This document shows positions 1-7,902 of a stretch of 64,000 bases of DNA, piece after piece. Below the pieces are notes generated by a model. That model was not told the origin of the DNA. It did no database searches and worked only from the letters and a program-made list of their open reading frames with translations. The stretch lies in the sequence record MK268344.1. One strand, 5' to 3'. The translations under genes were made by a program, and so were the position numbers. Every line of letters starts with the position of its first letter. The first letter of the stretch is position 1.

Positions 1-537
1 GAAATTACGGATATCAAAAAGAGAAATAATGAAATTCAAAACAACATTGATAAAAATAAAAATGAACAAGATTTGATTAATAAAAATCAAAATGTAAGTA
101 TTAAAAATAATACAAATGCAATTGAGGTTGAACGTGAAGAACGCAAGCAATCTATTTCTTCTGTAAATACAAAATTGAATAATCATGAATCACGTATTGA
201 ATCAAATACGCAAAGAATCAATACAGTGGAAAAAAGAACCAATGAATTTATGCATTCCACAAATAAACGTTTTTCTGAAATGAATAAAAAAATCGACGAA
301 AATCGTAAAATTTCCAGTGCTGGTATCGCTAGTTCCGGTGCAATGGCAAACATTCCACAATTATCTAAATATGGTGATTTTTCAATTGGGGCAGGTGTTG
401 GTGGATATGATGGTCAAGAAGCAATTGCAGTAGGTTTTAGTGCACGGATTTCTGAAAATGTATCAACTAAAGCATCAGTAAGTACTAATACTCAATCTGA
501 AGTATTGTGGGGTGCTGGTGTAGGAATTGAATGGTAA
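1..537 (+). CDS. YadA-type trimeric autotransporter adhesin, C-terminal coiled coil and membrane anchor (5'-truncated by window edge)
   Basis: Frame open from position 1; coiled-coil stalk then AGIASSGAMANIPQ...FSIGAGVGGYDGQEAIAVGFSARI...GAGVGIEW, a typical four-strand anchor ending in Trp. Confidence 0.9.
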   Translation, partial: EITDIKKRNNEIQNNIDKNKNEQDLINKNQNVSIKNNTNAIEVEREERKQSISSVNTKLNNHESRIESNTQRINTVEKRTNEFMHSTNKRFSEMNKKIDENRKISSAGIASSGAMANIPQLSKYGDFSIGAGVGGYDGQEAIAVGFSARISENVSTKASVSTNTQSEVLWGAGVGIEW

Positions 538-552
538 TATAATAAATGGGGG

Positions 553-581
553 TTGACATTGCCCCCAAAATTAAGTAAAAT
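553..581 (+). promoter_or_regulatory. sigma70-type promoter embedded in GC hairpin
   Basis: TTGACA(553-558)-17 nt-TAAAAT(576-581); -35 lies in the loop of TGGGGG...CCCCCA. Confidence 0.55.
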
Positions 582-669
582 GGGTACAGTCTTGGGCGTC
601 TAGTAAACTGGTGTTCATAACCAAGAACTTTAATGGAAAGATGTGGTTCGATTCCACGATGTACTCCCA
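582..669 (+). ncRNA. aberrant tRNA-like element (possible TCA anticodon)
   Basis: GGGTACA/TGTACTC acceptor-like stem followed by CCA, T-arm GTGG-TTCGATT-CCAC, TGGT-GTTCATA-ACCA arm, variable hairpin CTTT/AAAG; D-arm not canonical. Confidence 0.45.
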
Positions 670-685
670 AATTTATTGCAAAATC

Positions 686-716
686 TTGGGACAAACGATT
701 GATTTTGTGATATAAT
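686..716 (+). promoter_or_regulatory. phage promoter class TGGGAC-N18-TATAAT
   Basis: TTGGGACAAA...TGTGATATAAT; one of 7 copies with identical spacing. Confidence 0.75.
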
Positions 717-759
717 AAAAGCATCGACGGATGTAAAACGTGATAACCGCTCTCAATGA

Positions 760-1020
760 TTGAGAGTATTCGATAAAAGTAAAAGAAGGGTTTTACAAAT
801 TATGGCTAAAAATACTAACACCGAACACGTCATCGCAGATATCACCGACCTAGATCGTACTGTGAACTATATCAAGTTCCAGCTAGCACAAGTCGAAGAA
901 ATGCTAGATCAGCATTCAGGGGCTGACGTGAAGAAGATTGTATACGTACATCTTCTTGAGTGGAAGAATGAGCTAAAAAACGAGCTACATGATCTAACAC
1001 GCAAGAACAAGCGTAAGTAA
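760..1020 (+). CDS. hypothetical protein (start may be 802)
   Basis: ORF downstream of promoter, followed by terminator. Confidence 0.7.
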   Translation: MRVFDKSKRRVLQIMAKNTNTEHVIADITDLDRTVNYIKFQLAQVEEMLDQHSGADVKKIVYVHLLEWKNELKNELHDLTRKNKRK

Positions 1021-1027
1021 TTTGCCA

Positions 1028-1052
1028 GCCACCACTTCGGTGGTGGCATTTT
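1028..1052 (+). terminator. intrinsic terminator
   Basis: GCCACCAC-TTCG-GTGGTGGC then ATTTT. Confidence 0.8.
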
Positions 1053-1075
1053 AATTTAATACAAAGGATATCAAT

Positions 1076-1318
1076 ATGATTACTGAAGAGAAATTAAGAA
1101 GTACTTACCATCGTATCGAAGACCTCAAAATTGTCCGGGCTGAAAAGTGGAAGCGTTGGCATGTATTAAATGATCTTGAACAACGTACCAAAGATGAAGG
1201 TAAAGAGATGCAACAAGTATCTAGTACTATTACATCTTTGACTTACGAAATCCGTGGACTTCAAATTGCTTTTAAAGAAATGTCCGAACAATTCATTCTA
1301 CAAGTTGTGGGAGGATAA
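1076..1318 (+). CDS. hypothetical coiled-coil protein
   Basis: ORF with AAGGA RBS. Confidence 0.75.
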   Translation: MITEEKLRSTYHRIEDLKIVRAEKWKRWHVLNDLEQRTKDEGKEMQQVSSTITSLTYEIRGLQIAFKEMSEQFILQVVGG

Positions 1319-1810
1319 ATGGAATTCTTTTTCCTTTTATGTATGTCGATTGTGGCACTATTTGGTATATCATTACTGATTAGTACCGTAACAATGGGGT
1401 CTGAATCTTTTGTCTCCTTGCAAGTACTAACAGGTTCCCTAAAGTACAGCAAAGAAGTAAATGATAAGATTGATATCCTATTAGGTAAAGTAGAAGCTGA
1501 TTTATATTATATTAAAGTCGGTGAACATACTATTCAGTTCTTTGATAAAAGTAAATATGATTCATACGAAAACGCAGTTAATAACTGGCGTAACGAAGCT
1601 GACATTGAACTTTGGATTAGTAATAAATTTTATTCGTATGGTAATATATACCGCATTAATGGTGGACAAGCACCAATACAATTACGCGACAAACGTCCTA
1701 GCATTAAATTAATCAAACAAATTTTAGAGATAGAGAAATCTGGTGGAGTAGCTAAAAAGCCTAAATCCAAAGATAAATCATCTAAAAAAGACCCTGTGAT
1801 TCTAGGGTAA
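1319..1810 (+). CDS. hypothetical protein with N-terminal TM helix
   Basis: GGAGGA RBS; hydrophobic first 25 aa. Confidence 0.75.
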   Translation: MEFFFLLCMSIVALFGISLLISTVTMGSESFVSLQVLTGSLKYSKEVNDKIDILLGKVEADLYYIKVGEHTIQFFDKSKYDSYENAVNNWRNEADIELWISNKFYSYGNIYRINGGQAPIQLRDKRPSIKLIKQILEIEKSGGVAKKPKSKDKSSKKDPVILG

Positions 1811-1811
1811 C

Positions 1812-1838
1812 TAACGGGGCTGATGCCCCGTTACTTTT
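1812..1838 (+). terminator. intrinsic terminator
   Basis: TAACGGGGC-TGAT-GCCCCGTTA-CTTTT. Confidence 0.75.
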
Positions 1839-1861
1839 AAGTTAATATTCGGAGTACTATA

Positions 1862-2368
1862 ATGACTAATCAAGATTATATGGATATGTTAGAGAAGTAC
1901 GCTTTAAGTACAGATGAAAATAACAAGTTAGTACTTACAATAGATGAAAATTGTTCTATTACTATTCAGGTATTCACTAAGGATTTTTATTTGGATACCG
2001 GAAATCCATTTGATGGTGGTATGCAAGAGTATCCTATTATTACTATTTTAGATGGTGAATTACTAATGCCATTACCTAATATTATGGATGCATTGATTAA
2101 AAAAACATCTCGCAGAAATATCACATTTATAATGCGTGGAAATGCTGAAATAATGAGTGCACAAGGTAAAGAAAAAAACCAAACGAGTTCATCTGAATTA
2201 CGTATACCTTATTATGAAAATGAAGATGAACGCTTCCAAGCAGAATTGCTAGGTGAAATTGTTTTGTACGAAACGCATTTGAAGTATATTGATAGTCTTG
2301 TTCAAAAAGCTCATGATAATTATAAACAAATGATGCAAAAAACTTGGGACAACCGCATAATTTTGTGA
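1862..2368 (+). CDS. hypothetical protein, divergent EEEYFQ-family member
   Basis: GGAG RBS; C-terminal NEDERFQ motif. Confidence 0.7.
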   Translation: MTNQDYMDMLEKYALSTDENNKLVLTIDENCSITIQVFTKDFYLDTGNPFDGGMQEYPIITILDGELLMPLPNIMDALIKKTSRRNITFIMRGNAEIMSAQGKEKNQTSSSELRIPYYENEDERFQAELLGEIVLYETHLKYIDSLVQKAHDNYKQMMQKTWDNRIIL

Positions 2369-2374
2369 TATAAT
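2344..2374 (+). promoter_or_regulatory. phage promoter class TGGGAC-N18-TATAAT
   Basis: TTGGGACAA...TGTGATATAAT overlapping the end of the upstream ORF. Confidence 0.75.
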
Positions 2375-2403
2375 AATAGAGTCAATGACATGGAGAACAA
2401 AAA

Positions 2404-2718
2404 ATGGAATATTTAAACGAAGACAATTTTAAAGACCTTGATAAATTCATCAAGGATTGCACAGATACCTCAGCAGCAATTGGTAATCTAGATGAAGTAA
2501 CTGCATCGATTGATGGTATGTTTATGATCCCAATTCGCCCTAGTACTGTTTATGTTGGGGAATTACATACTAATCCTGAAACTACTCTTGAGGATTATGA
2601 AGAGTATTTGTCTCAGGGTGTAGAGTTAACGGAAGAAGAATATGCACATTACCAAGTACTTTTAAATGAATGTGAAAATAATTTAAAAGAAATTAAAAAA
2701 ACTTGGGACAAACAGTAA
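2404..2718 (+). CDS. hypothetical acidic protein
   Basis: GGAG RBS, intact ORF. Confidence 0.75.
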   Translation: MEYLNEDNFKDLDKFIKDCTDTSAAIGNLDEVTASIDGMFMIPIRPSTVYVGELHTNPETTLEDYEEYLSQGVELTEEEYAHYQVLLNECENNLKEIKKTWDKQ

Positions 2719-2733
2719 AAAATGTGATATAAT
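2703..2733 (+). promoter_or_regulatory. phage promoter class TGGGAC-N18-TATAAT (drives ncRNA/tRNA-Ser)
   Basis: TTGGGACAAA...TGTGATATAAT. Confidence 0.75.
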
Positions 2734-2765
2734 ATAATTATCGAAAGATAAAAAACGCTGGCAAG

Positions 2766-2908
2766 TGGATTCATACAGCAAACATTATTCAAATATATGA
2801 TGTATGTTATACCTTCGGGTATATAACGCTGGTAACGTGCGGAAAATTACGTTAACCTTATAGGTGAAAGATGCAGAGGCGGCCTATATTGTATTCATAA
2901 TGAATCCA
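2766..2908 (+). ncRNA. ACAGCAA closed-stem RNA, long copy
   Basis: TGGATTCA/TGAATCCA terminal stem, TACAGCAA right after 5' arm, internal hairpins incl. GTTATAC-CTTCGG-GTATATAAC. Confidence 0.55.
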
Positions 2909-2918
2909 GTTTTAGGTA

Positions 2919-3010
2919 GGTAGGTTGGTCGAGTTGGTTTATGGCTCTAGTCTTGAAAACTAGCGACGGTTAATAGCCGTCCGTGGGTTCGAATCCCACA
3001 CCTACCTCCA
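2919..3010 (+). tRNA. tRNA-Ser(TGA)
   Basis: GGTAGGT/ACCTACC acceptor, CTAGT-CTTGAAA-ACTAG anticodon arm, long variable arm, GTTCGAATC, CCA. Confidence 0.95.
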
Positions 3011-3063
3011 CGGTATCCAACAGCAATTAAAATTTCATGCTTAGAAAACCAAAAGGATTCCCG
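3011..3063 (+). ncRNA. ACAGCAA closed-stem RNA, short copy
   Basis: CGGTATCC-AACAGCAA...GGATTCCCG, imperfect terminal stem. Confidence 0.5.
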
Positions 3064-3065
3064 TT

Positions 3066-3461
3066 ATGTCATTTGATGATTTTGAAGTACACGCAAGACG
3101 TGAAATCCAAAATTATCTGGATGGAACGAATAGAGATTCTCGGTATTATGAAGTTCAATATAACCAAGTACTTAAACTTGAATGGACTTCTAAGCCAGAT
3201 ACTTCAGATGAAAAACTAATTATGTTTAATATTACATTGGAAAAGAACTTAAGTACGGTTCATTTCTCATTGCAAATAGATTATACATATGGTGAAGACG
3301 AAGATAATTTTTACACCGCAGGAAGAACAGATCTTCCACATAGTGAAGAAGAATATTTTCAAATGAGTACAGTACACGATTTAGGTTTCCGGTGGGAATT
3401 CTATCAGTACTTACTAAGTGTCTTCGAGCAGTTAAGAAAGAGAAATGGAAAAGAAACGTGA
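3066..3461 (+). CDS. EEEYFQ-family hypothetical protein
   Basis: SEEEYFQMSTVHDLGF motif. Confidence 0.75.
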   Translation: MSFDDFEVHARREIQNYLDGTNRDSRYYEVQYNQVLKLEWTSKPDTSDEKLIMFNITLEKNLSTVHFSLQIDYTYGEDEDNFYTAGRTDLPHSEEEYFQMSTVHDLGFRWEFYQYLLSVFEQLRKRNGKET

Positions 3462-4056
3462 TAGGAGGGCATATCAGAAAGAATGGTATGCCAAGAATAA
3501 AGAAAAGCATAGTGCAAATACACGAAAGAATCACAAAAATCAAAAGATTGAGGTTCTTGAACATTATGGTGGAAAATGTGCGTGTTGTGGTGAGAGTCAA
3601 ATTGATTTTTTAGCAATTGACCATATAGACGGTGGTGGCAATGAACACCGCCGGGAATTAGGAATTTCAAACGGGACTAGCTTTTACTCATGGTTGAAGC
3701 GTGAAAACTTCCCACCCGGATTCCAAGTTCTATGTCATAATTGCAATTTTTCCAAACATATAAATGATGGAGAATGTATCCATCAAATTTTAAGTAAAAG
3801 GTTGACAATGAATACAAACTTAGAAACAATTGCAGTACATGCACAAGGTATTATTGACGCAACTGTTAATATGCCAGAGCAGTATGCTCAAAAGATCGAA
3901 GAACTAGCAGCAACCATTCTTTCAGTTGCAGCAATGGCAGAAGGTGTACATACACAAACTGTTAGTACAGCAGACTTTGTAGAAGGTCGTAATGAATTAG
4001 GCAATGGGATCATTGCTCATAAAGAGAATGGTACTATTAGACTAGAACGCGAATAA
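3445..4056 (+). CDS. HNH-type endonuclease, in frame with a downstream 82-aa domain (internal start 3808)
   Basis: CACC...AIDHIDGGG...QVLCHNCN zinc/HNH pattern; second half MNTNLETIAV... unrelated in composition. Confidence 0.75.
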   Translation: MEKKRDRRAYQKEWYAKNKEKHSANTRKNHKNQKIEVLEHYGGKCACCGESQIDFLAIDHIDGGGNEHRRELGISNGTSFYSWLKRENFPPGFQVLCHNCNFSKHINDGECIHQILSKRLTMNTNLETIAVHAQGIIDATVNMPEQYAQKIEELAATILSVAAMAEGVHTQTVSTADFVEGRNELGNGIIAHKENGTIRLERE

Positions 4057-4076
4057 CTAAATATTTGTGAGGAAAT

Positions 4077-4373
4077 ATGTCAGTACACAAAGAGTTAGTA
4101 AAGAAACTTGAAGAAGTACTTGAAGTAGTTAAACCGCTTCCTCAAGGTTATCAATATAAGGTACGTGAATTATGTGCTTGTATTGAAACTGTAGTATCCA
4201 TGTATGATGATGTACAGAAGGGTATTATTCCTGAAGTACTGATTAAAATGCGTGAAGGTACTTTAGAAGATGAAGTACCACAAGAAGAACAAAAAGTAGT
4301 TGATACTGCTCCTGAAGAATCTCCCGCAATAGAGTCGAAAAAGAAACTTCAGATTGGTGATATCAAACTATAA
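4077..4373 (+). CDS. hypothetical protein
   Basis: GAGG RBS, intact ORF. Confidence 0.75.
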   Translation: MSVHKELVKKLEEVLEVVKPLPQGYQYKVRELCACIETVVSMYDDVQKGIIPEVLIKMREGTLEDEVPQEEQKVVDTAPEESPAIESKKKLQIGDIKL

Positions 4374-4380
4374 ATAAATT

Positions 4381-4438
4381 TAGAATCTTACAGCAAATCT
4401 TATAAAATACATTTGGCGTAATTAAAAAATAGATTCTA
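4381..4438 (+). ncRNA. ACAGCAA closed-stem RNA, short copy
   Basis: TAGAATCT-TACAGCAA...AGATTCTA. Confidence 0.55.
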
Positions 4439-4446
4439 GTAAAAAC

Positions 4447-4497
4447 GAAATCCAACAGCAATTCATTTTTTTCGGTATAAAAACAACAATGGATTTC
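4447..4497 (+). ncRNA. ACAGCAA closed-stem RNA, short copy
   Basis: GAAATCCA-ACAGCAA...TGGATTTC. Confidence 0.55.
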
Positions 4498-4502
4498 AGT
4501 AT

Positions 4503-4580
4503 CGGTGTGTAGCTCAGTTTGGTAGAGTGTATCGTTCGGGGCGATAAAGTCGGCGGGTTCGAATCCTCCCACACCGACCA
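4503..4580 (+). tRNA. tRNA-Pro(CGG)
   Basis: CGGTGTG/CACACCG acceptor, TATCG-TTCGGGG-CGATA, GTTCGAATC, CCA. Confidence 0.95.
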
Positions 4581-4637
4581 CTATATCATAATACTCCTTT
4601 AATGTAGTATTTTATGAAAAAATAATTTAAAAACAAG

Positions 4638-4666
4638 TTGACGATTATGTGAAAACATGGTCTAAT
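4638..4666 (+). promoter_or_regulatory. sigma70-type promoter for tRNA cluster
   Basis: TTGACG-17 nt-TCTAAT. Confidence 0.55.
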
Positions 4667-4677
4667 ACATAAATCGG

Positions 4678-4762
4678 GGGTCGTTGGCTGAGAGGGTAAG
4701 CGACGGACTGTTAATCCGTGTCATAAATGACTAGGCAGGTTCGATACCTGCACGACCCGCCA
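4678..4762 (+). tRNA. tRNA-Asn(GTT) with long variable arm
   Basis: GGGTCGT/ACGACCC acceptor, G73, ACGGA-CTGTTAA-TCCGT, variable hairpin GTCA-TAAA-TGAC, CCA. Confidence 0.9.
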
Positions 4763-4767
4763 CCTTT

Positions 4768-4843
4768 AGTCCTATAGTTTCAGCGGTAAAAATACTCCCC
4801 TGTCACGGGAGAGTCACGGGTTCGAATCCCGTTAGGACTGCCA
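4768..4843 (+). tRNA. tRNA-Asp(GTC)
   Basis: AGTCCTA/TAGGACT acceptor, CTCCC-CTGTCAC-GGGAG, CCA. Confidence 0.95.
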
Positions 4844-4845
4844 AT

Positions 4846-4923
4846 GCGTCGTTAGCTCAGTTGGTAGAGCACCGGACTTTTAATCCGGGTGTCGCTTAGG
4901 TTCGAATCCTGCACGGCGTACCA
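4846..4923 (+). tRNA. tRNA-Lys(TTT)
   Basis: GCGTCGT/ACGGCGT acceptor, CCGGA-CTTTTAA-TCCGG, CCA. Confidence 0.93.
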
Positions 4924-4924
4924 T

Positions 4925-4999
4925 ACTCCATTCGTCTATCGGTTAGGACGTTGGGTTTTCAACCCAAAAAGATCAGTTCAATTCTGTTATGGAGTACCA
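4925..4999 (+). tRNA. tRNA-Glu(TTC)
   Basis: ACTCCAT/ATGGAGT acceptor, TTGGG-TTTTCAA-CCCAA, CCA. Confidence 0.92.
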
Positions 5000-5003
5000 C
5001 AAT

Positions 5004-5134
5004 GTATAGAATCAGCAATCTATATATAACGATATTAGAGCGTCTAGGAGCATAATATCTGCATATATAGTGAGTGGGATTGATAAGAGGTTGATCGCTC
5101 TTTGATGTGGGTTCGATTCCTACTCTATATACCA
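5004..5134 (+). ncRNA. 131-nt tRNA-like RNA with long inserted hairpin
   Basis: GTATAGA/TCTATAT acceptor + ACCA, T-arm GTGGG-TTCGATT-CCTAC, CTATATAT...ATATATAG insert in D region, TCAGCAA after 5' arm. Confidence 0.6.
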
Positions 5135-5153
5135 CACCTTATACGAGGTACTT

Positions 5154-5651
5154 ATGAAAGAACTAATTAAACAAAAATGTATGTTCGAGTTATTAAGTAC
5201 TGAAATCAATTCGGGTATAGTACTTGATGAACCAGAATGTTGGCTTCGAGATTACTATGACGAACCATTTACCGTTCCCATCGATTCATATATGGATGAT
5301 TATTGTACTACAATATTTCCAGATGAAGTCCATTTATTCACAAATAATTTTCATTTTATACATTACCCAAGTACTAAAGAAATCCGCATATATCTTATGT
5401 TCCATTTCAATACTAGTGAATATGGTGTTCCACCTGAATATTATAGAGACGAATTACATGACAACATGGAATCATGTATTGCAATTAACTCGAACGGGTT
5501 TTGGTTCAGCGATGAGAATTACACATACAGTACTGAAGAAGAGATATTCCAGTTGTCCTGTACTGAATTGGGGTTTTACATTGATATAGTAGAACGTGCT
5601 AAAGAATTCATTTATGCGGAGATACAAAACCGTGAATGTAGAGAAGTATAG
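5154..5651 (+). CDS. EEEYFQ-family hypothetical protein
   Basis: GAGG RBS; TEEEIFQLSCTELGF. Confidence 0.75.
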   Translation: MKELIKQKCMFELLSTEINSGIVLDEPECWLRDYYDEPFTVPIDSYMDDYCTTIFPDEVHLFTNNFHFIHYPSTKEIRIYLMFHFNTSEYGVPPEYYRDELHDNMESCIAINSNGFWFSDENYTYSTEEEIFQLSCTELGFYIDIVERAKEFIYAEIQNRECREV

Positions 5652-6039
5652 AGATTTTTTAAAATACATGATTCATGCAGAAGATTTGAAGATTTCAGTA
5701 CTAGATGGTATTATGCACATTAACGTAGGAACACTACGTACTAATAGTATTGAAATAAACAACAATTATAATACAATTTCTATGTATGATTTAGAATGGG
5801 TAAGGGAAGAATCAAAAGAATTTACTAACAGTTCCACATCGATGTTAAGGGCTGTATTAAAAAATGCATCACCTCCTAAATTGGAATTCTATATTCCAAT
5901 ATCACAGGAAGATGAGTTTCAACAAAGTACTGCACGATTGGGATATATCCTACCGTATTCATTAGTACCATATGTTGATGAACTAATAAAACGTGTTCAT
6001 GATATAGTTGATGATTTTTATATTAAAGGAAGAGATTAA
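5596..6039 (+). CDS. EEEYFQ-family hypothetical protein (start uncertain)
   Basis: SQEDEFQQSTARLGY. Confidence 0.7.
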   Translation: MLKNSFMRRYKTVNVEKYRDFLKYMIHAEDLKISVLDGIMHINVGTLRTNSIEINNNYNTISMYDLEWVREESKEFTNSSTSMLRAVLKNASPPKLEFYIPISQEDEFQQSTARLGYILPYSLVPYVDELIKRVHDIVDDFYIKGRD

Positions 6040-6040
6040 T

Positions 6041-6301
6041 ATGAAAGATATAAACGGTATTGAAATTACAGTTGGATGTACTTTAATGTTTGCTGAACGT
6101 GAACCAGACAGGTGGAATCCACGTGATATGGTTTTCCATAAAGTTTCTAAAATAGATCCTGCTTTTGGTGGTCGTATTATTTTTGAAGATCAAAATCAAA
6201 ATAGTATCGCATACAAGCAAAATATCACAACTCTACGTGTTGTTTCAGACGGATTTGTTGAGGCTTGGAAAAGTGGTGAATTGTTTACGAGGGAATTCTA
6301 A
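6041..6301 (+). CDS. hypothetical protein
   Basis: AGGAAG RBS; YopX-like start MKDINGIEITVG. Confidence 0.7.
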   Translation: MKDINGIEITVGCTLMFAEREPDRWNPRDMVFHKVSKIDPAFGGRIIFEDQNQNSIAYKQNITTLRVVSDGFVEAWKSGELFTREF

Positions 6302-6540
6302 TGAGTAAGTACTTTGTACGTTATAGCTACGATGTAACTAATAAGGTTCAACGTGGCGATGGTCTAGGTTGGGATTATGAAACCGATAAAGTAACAGACT
6401 GTTGTGTTTGTGAAATCTCAGAAGAACGTATTGACATTTCTGAAGTACGTGATTACATTCTTTCATACGAAGTAAATTATTTGGGCGATCGAAAGCCTGA
6501 TGCTTATGATATTGACATATTGGTACTAAACAAACTATGA
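6301..6540 (+). CDS. hypothetical protein
   Basis: TAATG coupling. Confidence 0.7.
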   Translation: MSKYFVRYSYDVTNKVQRGDGLGWDYETDKVTDCCVCEISEERIDISEVRDYILSYEVNYLGDRKPDAYDIDILVLNKL

Positions 6541-6710
6541 TTAACTATATTTTTCGTGTAAATGGTGAAGGTATCGTTCCCGGTTTAACTGTTGTTCGTG
6601 CATATACCGTAACTGATGCTCTTGAAATGTTACGTGACGAATTCACTAATCCTGATAACATTTCAATCAAACTTGTTGAATGTACTCAAGAGTTATCATT
6701 TTTAAACTAG
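6537..6710 (+). CDS. hypothetical 57-aa protein (not in ORF track)
   Basis: ATGA coupling; MINYIFRVNGEGIVPGL...QELSFLN fills gap. Confidence 0.6.
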   Translation: MINYIFRVNGEGIVPGLTVVRAYTVTDALEMLRDEFTNPDNISIKLVECTQELSFLN

Positions 6711-6716
6711 GACATA

Positions 6717-6977
6717 TTGATGATTAAAGGTAACTTCTATAATGATCTACGCATTCGCTACTTGGAAATATTAGATACTAGAGCAGAGAATGATACAGAC
6801 CATCCGACATCAAGGCATCATTTATCATGGATGCTTAATGAATTATCATCTGATACAATGTCAGAAACCAAGAAACATCGGTGGCTTGGGTATGTTCAAG
6901 GTTGTATGGTGTCACAAAACCTTATTAATGTTGAAGATGAGCGTAATGCAACTCGAAATATTTTTAACGGAAAATGA
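6717..6977 (+). CDS. small conserved-looking phage protein (HRWLGYVQG motif)
   Basis: AGGA RBS; HLSWM...KKHRWLGYVQG...EDERNATR. Confidence 0.7.
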   Translation: MMIKGNFYNDLRIRYLEILDTRAENDTDHPTSRHHLSWMLNELSSDTMSETKKHRWLGYVQGCMVSQNLINVEDERNATRNIFNGK

Positions 6978-6997
6978 TAAAATCTTGGGATAAAATC

Positions 6998-7028
6998 TTG
7001 GGACAAAATCACATTTATGTGATATAAT
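6998..7028 (+). promoter_or_regulatory. phage promoter class TGGGAC-N18-TATAAT
   Basis: TTGGGACAAA...TGTGATATAAT, preceded by 13-bp tandem duplication TAAAATCTTGGGA. Confidence 0.75.
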
Positions 7029-7048
7029 ATAGATACAAGAGGAACGAT

Positions 7049-7264
7049 ATGAAGATTAAAGATTTACGGTCTATTCTTGAACAGCATCCTGATGCAGAAA
7101 TTGTCATTCAGACCACACCTTATGATGATTATTCATTAGGAGATTGTGGTACAGCACATTTTTATAAAGCTGGGGATTTAGTCTTTGAACGTGGTGAAAG
7201 CCTAACGGAATTCATTGATGTTGAATTGAGTACAGCCCTTGTCGATATAATCGTTCTATCATAA
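7049..7264 (+). CDS. hypothetical protein
   Basis: GAGGA RBS. Confidence 0.7.
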   Translation: MKIKDLRSILEQHPDAEIVIQTTPYDDYSLGDCGTAHFYKAGDLVFERGESLTEFIDVELSTALVDIIVLS

Positions 7265-7297
7265 TTGTAAAATTGCTAATTGGAGAAACCAAAGAAT

Positions 7298-7879
7298 ATG
7301 AAGCTAAGTCTACGTAAAGCACATCGTCTAGTTAAAGATCTACAGAACCACCTAAGCGTTCGTGATCAACCTCAAACCATCCACCACAGTGCTGATGAGC
7401 AAGAGATTCTAGACACTATCGATCTTGTTGAATCACGTAATGCAGAAGCAGTATACACTGCACTACACGTGGTTGAAGCTATCAGTGCAATTCGTGCTGG
7501 CGTTCAAGCGTTGAATGCGAAAGAAGTAGACGGTGATAGCGTTGATTCTTTGTTGAATAAAAAAGTTCAAATTGAATCCAAAATGCGTGTACTAGCAGCA
7601 TTTGCTGTTGCACCAAAAGATACTCAGGAGAAGCGTGTACTTTCTATTAAACGTCAAGTACAAGACGCAGCATCTAACGCAGGTCAGATGTACTCCAATA
7701 GTGATGTTGTTGTTCGTGGTCAGAGTATCAGTACTCAACAACATCTAAATGATCTTTATGTTGCACTAAAACAGGAACAAGAAGTAGTTAGTGATAAACT
7801 AGCTTATATCAACAATCTACTACAAGTAGAGATTGATGATAGCTACGCTGACTTGTTCAAGAAACTACAAGTTCTATAA
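7298..7879 (+). CDS. coiled-coil protein, possibly DIP1984-like
   Basis: MKLSLRKAHRL... helical heptad pattern, IQxxN-like and C-terminal NxxxxVEI-like motifs; followed by structured intergenic region. Confidence 0.7.
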   Translation: MKLSLRKAHRLVKDLQNHLSVRDQPQTIHHSADEQEILDTIDLVESRNAEAVYTALHVVEAISAIRAGVQALNAKEVDGDSVDSLLNKKVQIESKMRVLAAFAVAPKDTQEKRVLSIKRQVQDAASNAGQMYSNSDVVVRGQSISTQQHLNDLYVALKQEQEVVSDKLAYINNLLQVEIDDSYADLFKKLQVL

Positions 7880-7902
7880 GGTCGCTTAACGGCTGACCAC
7901 CT

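Noticed and set aside
6978-7003. 13-bp tandem duplication TAAAATCTTGGGA
   Set aside because: A single local slippage event at a promoter, with no array or wider pattern.
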